NCBI GenBank assembly: GCA_964468755.1
Contig: CAYXWH010000002.1
Location: 5,444-69,443 of the forward strand
Length of the DNA: 64,000 nt
Direction of reading: 5' to 3'
Source of the DNA: an uncultured Dehalococcoidaceae bacterium
Lineage (GTDB): Bacteria; Chloroflexota; Dehalococcoidia; Dehalococcoidales; RBG-16-60-22
A program made the position numbers and the translations under genes. Below are positions 1 to 9,081 of this stretch, one piece after another; positions within the stretch are counted from its first letter, which is position 1; every line of letters begins with the position of its first letter. Under the pieces are notes generated by a model. It was given only the letters and a program-made list of their open reading frames with translations. It was not told the DNA's origin and ran no database searches.

Positions 1-2
1 AG

Positions 3-443
3 CGAGCGGACCTGAGCAGTGAGGCAATCCGCAACAACCTGGCGGCATTACCAAGCCGCCAGGTCAAATATGAGATTGTACCTGACGAGAAAGCCATAAT
101 TTCCGGCAAACTTGCTGAATGGGCTGATGAAGGCAGCGCGGATGTTATCCTGACCACCGGTGGCACCGGATTAAGCGACCGTGATGTAACCCCGGAAGCA
201 ACCCTGGCCATCATTGACCGGGAGGTACCCGGCTTTGCCGAGGCAATGCGAGCCCAGACCTTTGCTATCACACCAACATCAATCCTGAGTAGAGCCAGCG
301 CCGGTATCCGGGGTAAATGCCTCATCATTAATCTGCCCGGCAGTCCCAAAGCGGTCCGGGAATGCCTGGAGGTAATCGGGCCAGCCATTGTCCATGCCGT
401 GGAGATAATCAAGGGAGAGGTTACTGAGCACACGCTTCAGTAA
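3..443 (+). CDS. Molybdenum cofactor biosynthesis protein, MogA/MoaB family (5' end outside window)
   Basis: Reading the ORF 246-443 frame back to the window edge gives ...VILTTGGTGLSDRDVTPEAT...IINLPGSPKAV..., the TGGTG and GSP signatures of MogA/MoaB. Stop TAA at 441-443. Confidence 0.75.
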   Translation, partial: RADLSSEAIRNNLAALPSRQVKYEIVPDEKAIISGKLAEWADEGSADVILTTGGTGLSDRDVTPEATLAIIDREVPGFAEAMRAQTFAITPTSILSRASAGIRGKCLIINLPGSPKAVRECLEVIGPAIVHAVEIIKGEVTEHTLQ

Positions 444-455
444 GTGAGCCAGATT

Positions 456-1244
456 ATGCGCATTGACGTTTTCACACTGTTTCCGGAAATGTTTCAGGTA
501 CCATTTAGCTCCGGCATTTTTCAACGGGCAATCGATGGCAGGATAATCCGTATTCACCTGCACAATATACGGGATTACACCCATGACCGGCACCGGACAG
601 TCGATGATTATCCGTATGGCGGCGGTCCCGGCATGGTGCTTAAACCGGAACCTGTTTTTGAAGCGGTAGAATCAGTTAGAGCCGAGATTTACCGGGATGA
701 GGGTGTTTCCAAACAACCGGTGGTTTTACTCACCCCCCAGGGGCGCCGGTTCACCCAGCCAATCGCCGAGGAACTTGCCGGGCACAGCCATCTCATGGTT
801 ATCTGCGGTCACTATGAAGGAATTGATGAGCGTATCCGGGAATACCTGATCACCGAGGAGATAAGCATTGGCGACTACGTGCTTACCGGAGGTGAGCTGC
901 CGGCGATGGTGGTTATTGATGCCGTGGTCAGACTGGTCCCCGGAGTGCTCGGCTCAGCCGAATCAACGCGGGATGATTCTCACACTCGAGGACTACTCGA
1001 ATACCCGCACTACACCCGCCCGCCAGTGTACCGGGACTGGCCCGTACCCGAAGTATTGCTTTCGGGAGACCATGCCCGGATTGCGCGGTGGCGACGTGAG
1101 CAGGTCATCCGGCGCACCCTGGAACGCCGCCCGGACCTGCTGGAAAAGGCAACGCTTGAGCCGGAAGAAAAACAACTGGTAGCCAGCCTTACTGCGGCAC
1201 CCCAAACCAATCAGAACGAGAAGTCCAAAGATAAATTAAAATAG
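456..1244 (+). CDS. trmD: tRNA (guanine37-N1)-methyltransferase
   Basis: [13 protein letters not shown]... N-terminus and the [10 protein letters not shown] and [10 protein letters not shown] motifs typical of TrmD. ATG 456 preferred over the GTG 444 used in the ORF track. Confidence 0.9.
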   Translation: MRIDVFTLFPEMFQVPFSSGIFQRAIDGRIIRIHLHNIRDYTHDRHRTVDDYPYGGGPGMVLKPEPVFEAVESVRAEIYRDEGVSKQPVVLLTPQGRRFTQPIAEELAGHSHLMVICGHYEGIDERIREYLITEEISIGDYVLTGGELPAMVVIDAVVRLVPGVLGSAESTRDDSHTRGLLEYPHYTRPPVYRDWPVPEVLLSGDHARIARWRREQVIRRTLERRPDLLEKATLEPEEKQLVASLTAAPQTNQNEKSKDKLK

Positions 1245-1256
1245 GGAGTTCCGAGA

Positions 1257-1877
1257 ATGAATATTGAATCACTGGTTCACGTCAAAGTGAATCCCAAGAT
1301 CCCCGACATCGCCCCCGGGGATACGGTGCGGGTCAGTTCCAAGATAGTGGAGGGCGACAAGGAACGCATTCAGGTGTTCCAGGGAGTGGTCATCCGTTTA
1401 CGGCGCGGTGGCGCCGGCGCCAGCTTTACCGTACGGCACGTTGCCTACGGGGTTGGGGTAGAGCGCACCTTCCCCTTCTACTCCCCGTTAGTAGCCAAGG
1501 TGGAAATAGTCCGCCACGGTAAGGTACGCCGTGCCAAGCTCTACTACCTGCGCAGTCGCAGCGGCAAATCAGCCCGTATCAAAGAACGACGGGTCGTGAA
1601 AAAGAAGGTAATGGCAGTACCGGAAGCCGAAGCAGAATTGGTACCGGAAACGGAACAATTAATCGAAGCTGAAGCGGAAATAACGGCAGAAGCTATACCG
1701 GAGCCGGAACAGGAAACTGAAGAAGCCACCGCGGCGGAAGAACCGGTAATGGAAGAAAATACGGAGCCAGCCAAGGCACAGGGCCAGGAGACTGCCACCG
1801 AAGCGGCGCTCGATGAGAAACCGGCTCAAGAGACGGAAACGGAACCGACACCAGACCGGGAGGAAACGTCAACCTAA
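1257..1877 (+). CDS. rplS: 50S ribosomal protein L19 with a roughly 90-aa acidic C-terminal extension
   Basis: The first ~115 aa (PGDTVRV...[18 protein letters not shown]...[25 protein letters not shown]) are canonical L19. It follows trmD as in most bacteria. The tail is Glu/Ala/Thr/Pro rich. Confidence 0.9.
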   Translation: MNIESLVHVKVNPKIPDIAPGDTVRVSSKIVEGDKERIQVFQGVVIRLRRGGAGASFTVRHVAYGVGVERTFPFYSPLVAKVEIVRHGKVRRAKLYYLRSRSGKSARIKERRVVKKKVMAVPEAEAELVPETEQLIEAEAEITAEAIPEPEQETEEATAAEEPVMEENTEPAKAQGQETATEAALDEKPAQETETEPTPDREETST

Positions 1878-1922
1878 TTGCGGTTACCCGCAGTCGCAGA
1901 ATAGAACCGTCCGGTGGAAGGT

Positions 1923-4358
1923 ATGATGCAATACGCTGAGGTCAGTGTCAATTCACCCGTAGCCCGGCGCAGGACCTTCAGTTACAGTATACCTCCCGGC
2001 TGGAAGACAGCTATTGGTGATGCGGTACTGGTTCCCTTCGGAGACCGGGTACTCCAGGGTATTGTCCTGGAGCTGAGTCCCCTCCCGGCCGTGGCGGAGA
2101 CCCGGGAAATAGCCCGGATAATCGGTACGGTCTTAACACCGGCGCAGGTGTCACTTGCCCGATGGATCAGTCAGTACTACCTTACCCCGCTTTTTGATGC
2201 GGTAGCCCTTATGCTCCCTCCGGGATTTGAGCGCAAGCCGGTGACTCTTATCTCGGCAACCACGGACATCGACAGTCATATACCGGCTTCACTTTCACCG
2301 GAACAGAGGCAAACCCTGATGCTTGTCCAGCAACGGGGCACTACCACACTTAAGGAACTGGAAAAAGGACCGGGCAAGAAAAAAGCTCAGACTATCATCT
2401 CGCAACTGGTGAGACGAAACCTGCTGGTGAGGAGTTATGAGCTGGAGCCGGTGAGGATCAAAGCCAAGCAGGTACCTTATATAGGTAGCACCGTGAAGGC
2501 AAGTGAAGCCAGTACCGAACCTGACCGCCTGCGCCGTCGTGGCGCGGTGAAACAGGCGGCACTGCTCGAATTCCTCATCCGTCAGACAGACCCGGTGCCC
2601 TGGGCAGAAGCCAGAACGAAGACCGGCGTTGATAAAGCCGCCGCCAACGCTCTCGTCGATAAGGGTCTGGCTACCTGGCAAGAAGTCAGGGTAAGGCGTG
2701 AGCCGATTTCCCACCCGGATATAGTGCCATCATACCCCCTTCCCCTCACCAAAGCCCAGAAATCAGCCTTCGAAGTTATTAAGTCACGGTTGCTCCAGCC
2801 GCCGGGAATATCCCCGGCAATCTTCCTGCTCCACGGCATTACCGGCAGCGGTAAGACCGAAATATACCTCCAGGCACTGGCAGAGACAGTGAAGCAGGGT
2901 AAGCGCGGCATTGTCCTGGTGCCAGAAATTTCCCTTACCCCGCAAACCATCGAACGCTTCGCCTCGCGCTTCCCGGGCAGGGTAGCGGTGATACACAGCA
3001 AGCTCTCCCTCGGAGAACAATTTGACGAGTGGCAGGGCATTGAAAACGGCGAGTTCGACGTAGTGATTGGCTCACGGAGCGCCCTCTTCGCCCCGCAACC
3101 GGACCTGGGGCTGATTGTGATTGACGAGGAGCATGAGTGGACCTACAAGCAAAGTGACCAATCACCCCGCTATCACACCCGCAATGCCGCCATCAAGCTC
3201 GCCGAACTTACCGGGGCAGTAGTCATTCTGGGCAGTGCCACCCCGGACGTCGAGACGTATTACCATGCCCAAAATGGAGACTACCAGCTCCTCCAGCTCC
3301 CGGAACGGGTTGTCCCCAGCGAGGGGGCACCGCTGCCCGGCGTTGAAGTAGTAGATATGAGGGAGGAATTAAAGGCGGGTAACCGCAGTGTCTTCAGTCG
3401 CTCATTGTCCCAGGTGACTGCCCGGGCAGTAGCCAGCCGGGAGCAGGTAATTCTCTTTCTCAACCGCCGCGGAGCTGCCACGCTCATCCAGTGCCGCCGT
3501 TGCGGTTTTGTGCTTCGCTGCCCGCGCTGTGAAGTGGCACTTAATTACCACACGGATGAAGATGTCCTTACCTGTCACCAGTGCAATTACCGTACCCGGC
3601 TCCCGCAGTCCTGCCCCCGGTGCTCCAGTCGGCAGATCAAATTCCTCGGCATCGGCACCCAGAAGCTGGAGAAGGAAGCCGGTTACGCCTTCCCTCAGGC
3701 ACGGCACCTACGATGGGACAGCGATGTAACCCGCGGCAGGGATTCCCACCAGAAAATACTGAGCCGGTTCCGTAACGGCGAGGCAGACATGCTTATCGGT
3801 ACGCAAATGATTGCCAAGGGACTGGACATCCCCTCAGTGACGGTGGTGGGAGTGATCAGCGCCGATACCAGCCTGAACCTGCCTGACTTCCGCGCCGGAG
3901 AGCGGACATTCCAGCTTATCAGCCAGGTGGCGGGCCGGGCGGGGCGTGGACCTGCCGGCGGGCAGGTAATCATTCAGACATACTGCCCCGGGCACTACGC
4001 AATAAAGGCTGCCGCGCACCATGACTATGCCGCTTTCTACAATCAGGAAATCAGCTACCGGCGTCAATTACAAAATCCACCCTTCAAACAACTGGCGCTA
4101 CTGACCCATGTCCATACCAACGACCACGCCTGCCAGAAAGAGACAGAACGGGTAAAAAAGCTGCTTATCACGGAAAGAGATGCCCGTGGAATCGCTGACA
4201 TTGCCCTCATCGGTCCCGCTCCAGCTTTTATCCAGCGGCGGCGCGGCCGATACCGCTGGCAGCTGATACTCCGCGGCGCTGATATCGCTGCCTTTCTGGC
4301 ACCGGTTCCTTTGCCCCAGGGGTGGACAGTTGACATTGACCCGGCGAGTCTGGTTTAG
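1923..4358 (+). CDS. priA: Primosomal protein N' (replication restart helicase PriA)
   Basis: Walker A GITGSGKTEIYL, DEEH box, and Cys-rich zinc region CRRCG..CPRC...CHQC..CPRC. About 810 aa. SD GGTGGAAGG lies before ATG 1923/1926. Confidence 0.9.
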   Translation: MMQYAEVSVNSPVARRRTFSYSIPPGWKTAIGDAVLVPFGDRVLQGIVLELSPLPAVAETREIARIIGTVLTPAQVSLARWISQYYLTPLFDAVALMLPPGFERKPVTLISATTDIDSHIPASLSPEQRQTLMLVQQRGTTTLKELEKGPGKKKAQTIISQLVRRNLLVRSYELEPVRIKAKQVPYIGSTVKASEASTEPDRLRRRGAVKQAALLEFLIRQTDPVPWAEARTKTGVDKAAANALVDKGLATWQEVRVRREPISHPDIVPSYPLPLTKAQKSAFEVIKSRLLQPPGISPAIFLLHGITGSGKTEIYLQALAETVKQGKRGIVLVPEISLTPQTIERFASRFPGRVAVIHSKLSLGEQFDEWQGIENGEFDVVIGSRSALFAPQPDLGLIVIDEEHEWTYKQSDQSPRYHTRNAAIKLAELTGAVVILGSATPDVETYYHAQNGDYQLLQLPERVVPSEGAPLPGVEVVDMREELKAGNRSVFSRSLSQVTARAVASREQVILFLNRRGAATLIQCRRCGFVLRCPRCEVALNYHTDEDVLTCHQCNYRTRLPQSCPRCSSRQIKFLGIGTQKLEKEAGYAFPQARHLRWDSDVTRGRDSHQKILSRFRNGEADMLIGTQMIAKGLDIPSVTVVGVISADTSLNLPDFRAGERTFQLISQVAGRAGRGPAGGQVIIQTYCPGHYAIKAAAHHDYAAFYNQEISYRRQLQNPPFKQLALLTHVHTNDHACQKETERVKKLLITERDARGIADIALIGPAPAFIQRRRGRYRWQLILRGADIAAFLAPVPLPQGWTVDIDPASLV

Positions 4359-4412
4359 TACACTATAGGTGAAACAGATAGGAAATAAACGTATTTTTTT
4401 GGAGAGCACGGA

Positions 4413-4901
4413 ATGACCGTTCTTCCCATCCATACCCTCCCCGACCCTGTCCTGAGGCAGAAAGCAAAGAAAGTCGGAACCATTGACGGCTCCACTAAAA
4501 AACTAATAGCCGATATGCTTGAAACGCTGCACGCCGATCCCGGAAGGGCAGGGCTGGCGGCTCCGCAGGTTGGCGTTTCCTTGCGGATCTGTGTTATCAG
4601 CCTTCCCGATGAAGACGATATTGTCCTGGTAAACCCGGAGATAGTGAAGAAATCCGGTGAGCGCGCTGTGGACGAGGGCTGCCTCAGTGTGCCCGGTTAT
4701 TATGGAGAAATCAAGCGCGCGGAATCAGTTACCGTCAAGGGTCGTGGTCAGGATGGGAAACCGGTGAGAATCAAGGCGGAGGGACTGATGGCGCAAGCCC
4801 TGGAACATGAAATCGACCACCTTAACGGGCGGCTTTATCTGGACCATCTGGAAAGCACGGAAAAACTGCACAGGGTCGAGGCCGAAGAACCCGGACTTTG
4901 A
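4413..4901 (+). CDS. def: Peptide deformylase
   Basis: [16 protein letters not shown] and HEIDHLNG motifs. Confidence 0.9.
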   Translation: MTVLPIHTLPDPVLRQKAKKVGTIDGSTKKLIADMLETLHADPGRAGLAAPQVGVSLRICVISLPDEDDIVLVNPEIVKKSGERAVDEGCLSVPGYYGEIKRAESVTVKGRGQDGKPVRIKAEGLMAQALEHEIDHLNGRLYLDHLESTEKLHRVEAEEPGL

Positions 4902-4939
4902 ATGGAATGAAGGCTACCGCTTACCGTCACTCCCCCAGA

Positions 4940-5272
4940 TTACCCATCCCGATATTTTGCCATCACGGGCTGGTACTGGCTGGTGACAAGCGTCTTTACC
5001 ACCGCGCCAATTGAGGGGTCAGGCTCCAGGTAAAACAGCTCATCGAGTCGATAATCAGGAAAGGCACGTTTCGCCCCGATAATGAATTTCTCATTGATGC
5101 CGCGTGAGCCTTCACGTACCCGGTACACCTGGCTTACTGACAGCCCCATAGCCCCAGCCAATTCCGACAAGTTACGGTAGTTCCCGTTGCACAAATCAAA
5201 AATTCTTGTCCTGATTATCATAACGCTGCGCTGGTACTGCCAGTTGGCAATATTATAGCATATTAATGACAT
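4940..5272 (-). CDS. Small helix-turn-helix (XRE-like) transcriptional regulator
   Basis: NLSELAGAMGLSVSQVYRVREG resembles an HTH core. Divergent from the permease gene. An alternative start at M18 (5221) is possible. Confidence 0.5.
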   Translation of the reverse strand: MSLICYNIANWQYQRSVMIIRTRIFDLCNGNYRNLSELAGAMGLSVSQVYRVREGSRGINEKFIIGAKRAFPDYRLDELFYLEPDPSIGAVVKTLVTSQYQPVMAKYRDG

Positions 5273-5295
5273 TTGTCAATACATCTGGCAAAAAG

Positions 5296-5324
5296 TTGAC
5301 ACCGAGCCCTGATATTACTACAAT
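5296..5324 (+). promoter_or_regulatory. Sigma70-type promoter for the permease gene (TTGACA-17-TACAAT)
   Basis: TTGACA at 5296-5301, a 17-nt spacer, then TACAAT at 5319-5324, about 36 nt upstream of ATG 5361. Confidence 0.5.
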
Positions 5325-5360
5325 AATCCTTTGTGGCAATCATTCGACAAACATTGATAC

Positions 5361-6848
5361 ATGACTAATAACTGGCACCGTAAACCGGGCGACAGGATTT
5401 TTCGTCCCCGCCGAATCAAGCGTTTCCGTTTGAGACGAGTACTGGGTGTAGCCGCGGTATTCAGCGCCGGCTACGGGAATGTCGGTTCCTCCATTTATTA
5501 CGCGCTGGGCATTGTTGCCGTGGTAGCGATTGGGGCAACGCCGATAGCGCTGGGTATTGCCGGCATCCTCTTTATTTTTACTGCCCTTACCTATGCGGAA
5601 GGAACGGCAGCCCTACCCGAAGCCGGCGGCTCCGCCAGCTTTGCCCGGCACGGGTTTAATGACCTGGCGGGTTTTGCTGCCGGGTGGGCGCTGATGCTGA
5701 GCTATATTGTCACCATCGCTATCTCCGCCTTTACCATTCCCCCCTACCTGGGTTTCTTCTGGGAACCGCTTAAGGATTCCGCCATCATTGGCACCATCGC
5801 TTCCATAGGCATCGTCGGCTTTCTAATGGTCTTGAACGTTGTCGGCATCAAGGAAACCTCGGTGGTCAACATTGGCGCCGCCATACTGGATATCGCTACG
5901 CAGGTTTCGCTGGTGGTCATTGGTTTCATACTGCTGTTTAATCCTACCGTTCTATGGCACCGCATTATTGATAACTGGCCAACCTCCGAGAATCTGGTCC
6001 TGGGTATAGCCCTGGCGTCCATTGCCTACACCGGCATCGAAACCATGTCGCAGATGGCGGAAGAGACCAAGCGACCGGAGCAAAGGGTACCCCGGGCACT
6101 GGTCTTGATGATTGTCACCGTGCTGGTTATCTTTGCCGGCATCTCCCTGGTTTCACTATCGGCTATGTCCCCCCAGGAACTCGCCTCGGAATGGTCACGG
6201 GACCCGGTGGCGGGGATTGCCTTCTACCTGCCTATGGAAATAATACGGTTTATTCTCAAGCCACTGATTGGTATTCTCGCTGGCACTATCCTGCTTATTG
6301 CCACCAATGCCGGGCTTATCGGTATCTCCCGGCTTGCCTTCTCACTGGGCAGCCACCAGCTGGTGCCGCCAGTGCTGAGCCGGGTACACAGTCGATTCAA
6401 GACCCCCTACGTGTCAATAATTCTGTTCAGCCTGGTGGCTATCATCATCTTGATACCGGGTTTCTTTGCGTCCGATGTTTTCGAGAACATGGGAGCGCTG
6501 TACACATTCGGGTCACTGTTAGCGTTCATGTTCGCGCATGCCTCCATCCTCAGCCTGAGAATCAGAAAACCGGAGTTACCGCGTCCGTTCAAACTTGGTG
6601 GTAACATCAGGTTTCGGGGACGCGAGCTGCCGTTAAGCGCCATCATTGGTCTGGCGGCTATCTCGGCAATATGGATAATCATCATGATTACCCAGGCCTA
6701 TAGCCGCTGGGTAGGGCTCATCTGGATGGCCATCGGGCTGATTATTTACTACCTCTATCGACGTCAACAGGGTATGCCGTTGACCCACACCGAAGGCAGG
6801 GAAAAGCCAAAGAGTTTTTGGGAAAATAACCGGGGAAAAAGATTGTAG
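5361..6848 (+). CDS. Amino acid/polyamine/organocation (APC) family permease
   Basis: 495 aa and highly hydrophobic, with about 12 predicted TM stretches and an APC-like GYGNVGSSIYYALG N-terminal region. Confidence 0.8.
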   Translation: MTNNWHRKPGDRIFRPRRIKRFRLRRVLGVAAVFSAGYGNVGSSIYYALGIVAVVAIGATPIALGIAGILFIFTALTYAEGTAALPEAGGSASFARHGFNDLAGFAAGWALMLSYIVTIAISAFTIPPYLGFFWEPLKDSAIIGTIASIGIVGFLMVLNVVGIKETSVVNIGAAILDIATQVSLVVIGFILLFNPTVLWHRIIDNWPTSENLVLGIALASIAYTGIETMSQMAEETKRPEQRVPRALVLMIVTVLVIFAGISLVSLSAMSPQELASEWSRDPVAGIAFYLPMEIIRFILKPLIGILAGTILLIATNAGLIGISRLAFSLGSHQLVPPVLSRVHSRFKTPYVSIILFSLVAIIILIPGFFASDVFENMGALYTFGSLLAFMFAHASILSLRIRKPELPRPFKLGGNIRFRGRELPLSAIIGLAAISAIWIIIMITQAYSRWVGLIWMAIGLIIYYLYRRQQGMPLTHTEGREKPKSFWENNRGKRL

Positions 6849-6905
6849 ATTTTGGCTAACAGGGCTATAATACACTTTAATAAAATCGATTAGTTGTATC
6901 AAAGT

Positions 6906-7325
6906 ATGGAATTTAAGAAGATACTGGTGCCCGTTGCGGGACATGTGGCTGATGAAGAGGCAATGCGGTTCGCCTGCCGGATGTCCAAAAGGGTCAAGGG
7001 TAAAATATGGTCGGTATATATAATCACCATTAAACGGTCTCTGCCGCTTGATGCTGAAATCGAGTCGGAGATTCGCAAGGCCGAAGGCATCCTGGACCAC
7101 ATCGAAAGTGTTGCCGAGGAAGAAGACTGTGAAATCGAAACGGATGTACTCCAGGCTCGTGATGCCGGACCGGCGATTATCGATGAGGCTGTCGATAAAG
7201 CATGTGACCTCATCACCATGGGGGTTAATTATAAGCGACGTTTCGGCCAGTTTAGTCTCGGTAACGTGGTGCCATATGTATTACAAAATGCTCCCTGTCC
7301 GGTGATACTCTATCACGAGCAATGA
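6906..7325 (+). CDS. Universal stress protein (UspA family)
   Basis: KKILVPVAG...EEA...A, DLITMG and GNVVPYVLQNAPCPVILY are typical Usp features. ATG 6906 is preferred. Confidence 0.8.
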   Translation: MEFKKILVPVAGHVADEEAMRFACRMSKRVKGKIWSVYIITIKRSLPLDAEIESEIRKAEGILDHIESVAEEEDCEIETDVLQARDAGPAIIDEAVDKACDLITMGVNYKRRFGQFSLGNVVPYVLQNAPCPVILYHEQ

Positions 7326-7349
7326 ATTGACTAGAAATCAGGTGATGAA

Positions 7350-7748
7350 ATGAAGGTAGTCATTATGGGGTGCAGTAGAGTGGGCGCCCAATTAGCCGCA
7401 CTGCTGGATGTTGAAGGGAATGAAATCACTATTCTGGACAATGAACCCTACAGCTTCCGCAGACTACCACCCAATTTCCACGGCACGGCAATGGTGGGTA
7501 ACGGACTTCACGAAGAAACACTTAGAAAAGCCGGAATTGAAAAAGCCGATGCCTTCGTGGCGGTAACCCAGGGAGACAATCGAAATGTGATGTCCTGCCA
7601 AATCGCCAAGCACATTTTCAACGTGCCCCGGGTACTCTGCCGAGTCTATGACCCGCTGCGCCAGGAGTTATACGAGACCCTGGAGCTGGAGACAATAAGC
7701 CCGACAACCATTTTCGCCCAGTTGTTGAAGGAAAAACTGGAGAGTTGA
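7350..7748 (+). CDS. TrkA-N domain protein (K+ transport NAD-binding subunit, short form)
   Basis: MKVVIMGCSRVGAQLA Rossmann fingerprint. 132 aa, directly upstream of a second TrkA-like gene. Confidence 0.75.
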   Translation: MKVVIMGCSRVGAQLAALLDVEGNEITILDNEPYSFRRLPPNFHGTAMVGNGLHEETLRKAGIEKADAFVAVTQGDNRNVMSCQIAKHIFNVPRVLCRVYDPLRQELYETLELETISPTTIFAQLLKEKLES

Positions 7749-7767
7749 GGTAGTAAGAGGTAGTACT

Positions 7768-8433
7768 ATGTATATCATCGTCGTTGGTGGTGGCCGAATC
7801 GGCTACTACCTGATTAAGGCGCTGCTGGAAGAGGAGCATGAGGTGCTCCTCATCGAGAAAGACCCTTACGTGTGCCGAATCATTAACGAGGAGATGGGCA
7901 GCATCTGCTTCCGCGGTGATGGCTGTGAAGCAGCAACATTACAGGAAGTAGGTACCGGCCGGGCCGATATGCTGGTGGCAGTTACCGGAGATGATGAAGA
8001 TAACCTGGTTGCCTGCCAGGTAGCCAAGTACAAATTCAATGTGCCCCGGACTATCGCCCGTATCAGAAACCCGCAGAACGAAGCCCTCTTCAAGAAACTG
8101 GGGGTAGATGTGACGGTAAGCGCCACCCAGATCATTCTGGAATCCATCGAGCAGGAAGTGCCCACCCACCCGCTGATACACCTGCTCAATATCAGAGACA
8201 AAGGGCTGGTAATGGTGGACGTAAAAATTCCTGTTGAATCTACCAGCGTAGGCAAGGCAATCAGGGAGCTCAATTTACCGGAAGAGAGCAAGCTGGCACT
8301 GATTATTCCCAAGGAACAAAATCCGCACCTGCCGGCGGCCAGTACCGTTCTCCAGTCCGGCGACCATGTGATCGCCATTACCCCTCCGGAACTGGAGGAG
8401 GCTCTTCGGTCGGCACTGAGAGGCGCTAAATAG
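7768..8433 (+). CDS. trkA: Trk system potassium uptake protein TrkA (TrkA-N plus TrkA-C)
   Basis: MYIIVVGGGRIGYYL Rossmann motif plus a C-terminal TrkA-C-like region. 221 aa. Confidence 0.8.
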   Translation: MYIIVVGGGRIGYYLIKALLEEEHEVLLIEKDPYVCRIINEEMGSICFRGDGCEAATLQEVGTGRADMLVAVTGDDEDNLVACQVAKYKFNVPRTIARIRNPQNEALFKKLGVDVTVSATQIILESIEQEVPTHPLIHLLNIRDKGLVMVDVKIPVESTSVGKAIRELNLPEESKLALIIPKEQNPHLPAASTVLQSGDHVIAITPPELEEALRSALRGAK

Positions 8434-8553
8434 GTCTTCAATTTTACCGGAGCCTTACCATGGAGCCTTGATAAGGGATATACCGGACAGAAAGTAACGC
8501 CATTATCTGGCAAATGAATACTTGATGTCCACTAATGTAATGAACAGCGGGTG

Positions 8554-9063
8554 ATGACGACCGGCAACTGTAATAAGTACTGGGTAGTGACGTCCATACT
8601 CCTGATAGTTATCGCTATCGTTGCCGGTATCATAGCCTGGTCACGATACCAGCCAAGCCAGCCGATAGAGGTTACACTGGCTCCGGAACCGGAAGTAGCC
8701 GGCGAAATCTCCATCAGCGGCAGTATCAACAATCCCGGTTGCTATCCTTTCACTGCCGATGATAGTATAGCCGATATCATCCTCGCTGCCGGAGGCACCA
8801 CTGACGGCGCTGACTTCAGCCGCATCACCTTTACCATTCCCCAGGATAGCGAACAAACGACTCCTCAGAAAGTAAACCTGAACCGGGCGGACGTGTGGCT
8901 GCTGGAGGCATTACCTGGAATCGGTGAAACCAGGGCTCTAGCCATTATCGAATACCGCGAGAAGAACGGACGGTTCCATCATAGTACCGACCTGCTCAAG
9001 GTGGAAGGTATCGGCAGCGTTACCTATGAAAAGATTAAGCACCTGATAACCGTGACCGACTGA
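8554..9063 (+). CDS. comEA: Competence protein ComEA (membrane anchor, SLBB-like region, helix-hairpin-helix DNA-binding domain)
   Basis: N-terminal TM segment. C-terminal VNLNRADVWLLEALPGIGETRALAIIEYREKNGRF...LLKVEGIG is a HhH motif pair. Confidence 0.8.
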   Translation: MTTGNCNKYWVVTSILLIVIAIVAGIIAWSRYQPSQPIEVTLAPEPEVAGEISISGSINNPGCYPFTADDSIADIILAAGGTTDGADFSRITFTIPQDSEQTTPQKVNLNRADVWLLEALPGIGETRALAIIEYREKNGRFHHSTDLLKVEGIGSVTYEKIKHLITVTD

Positions 9064-9081
9064 TGTTCAGGATGAAGGTAT

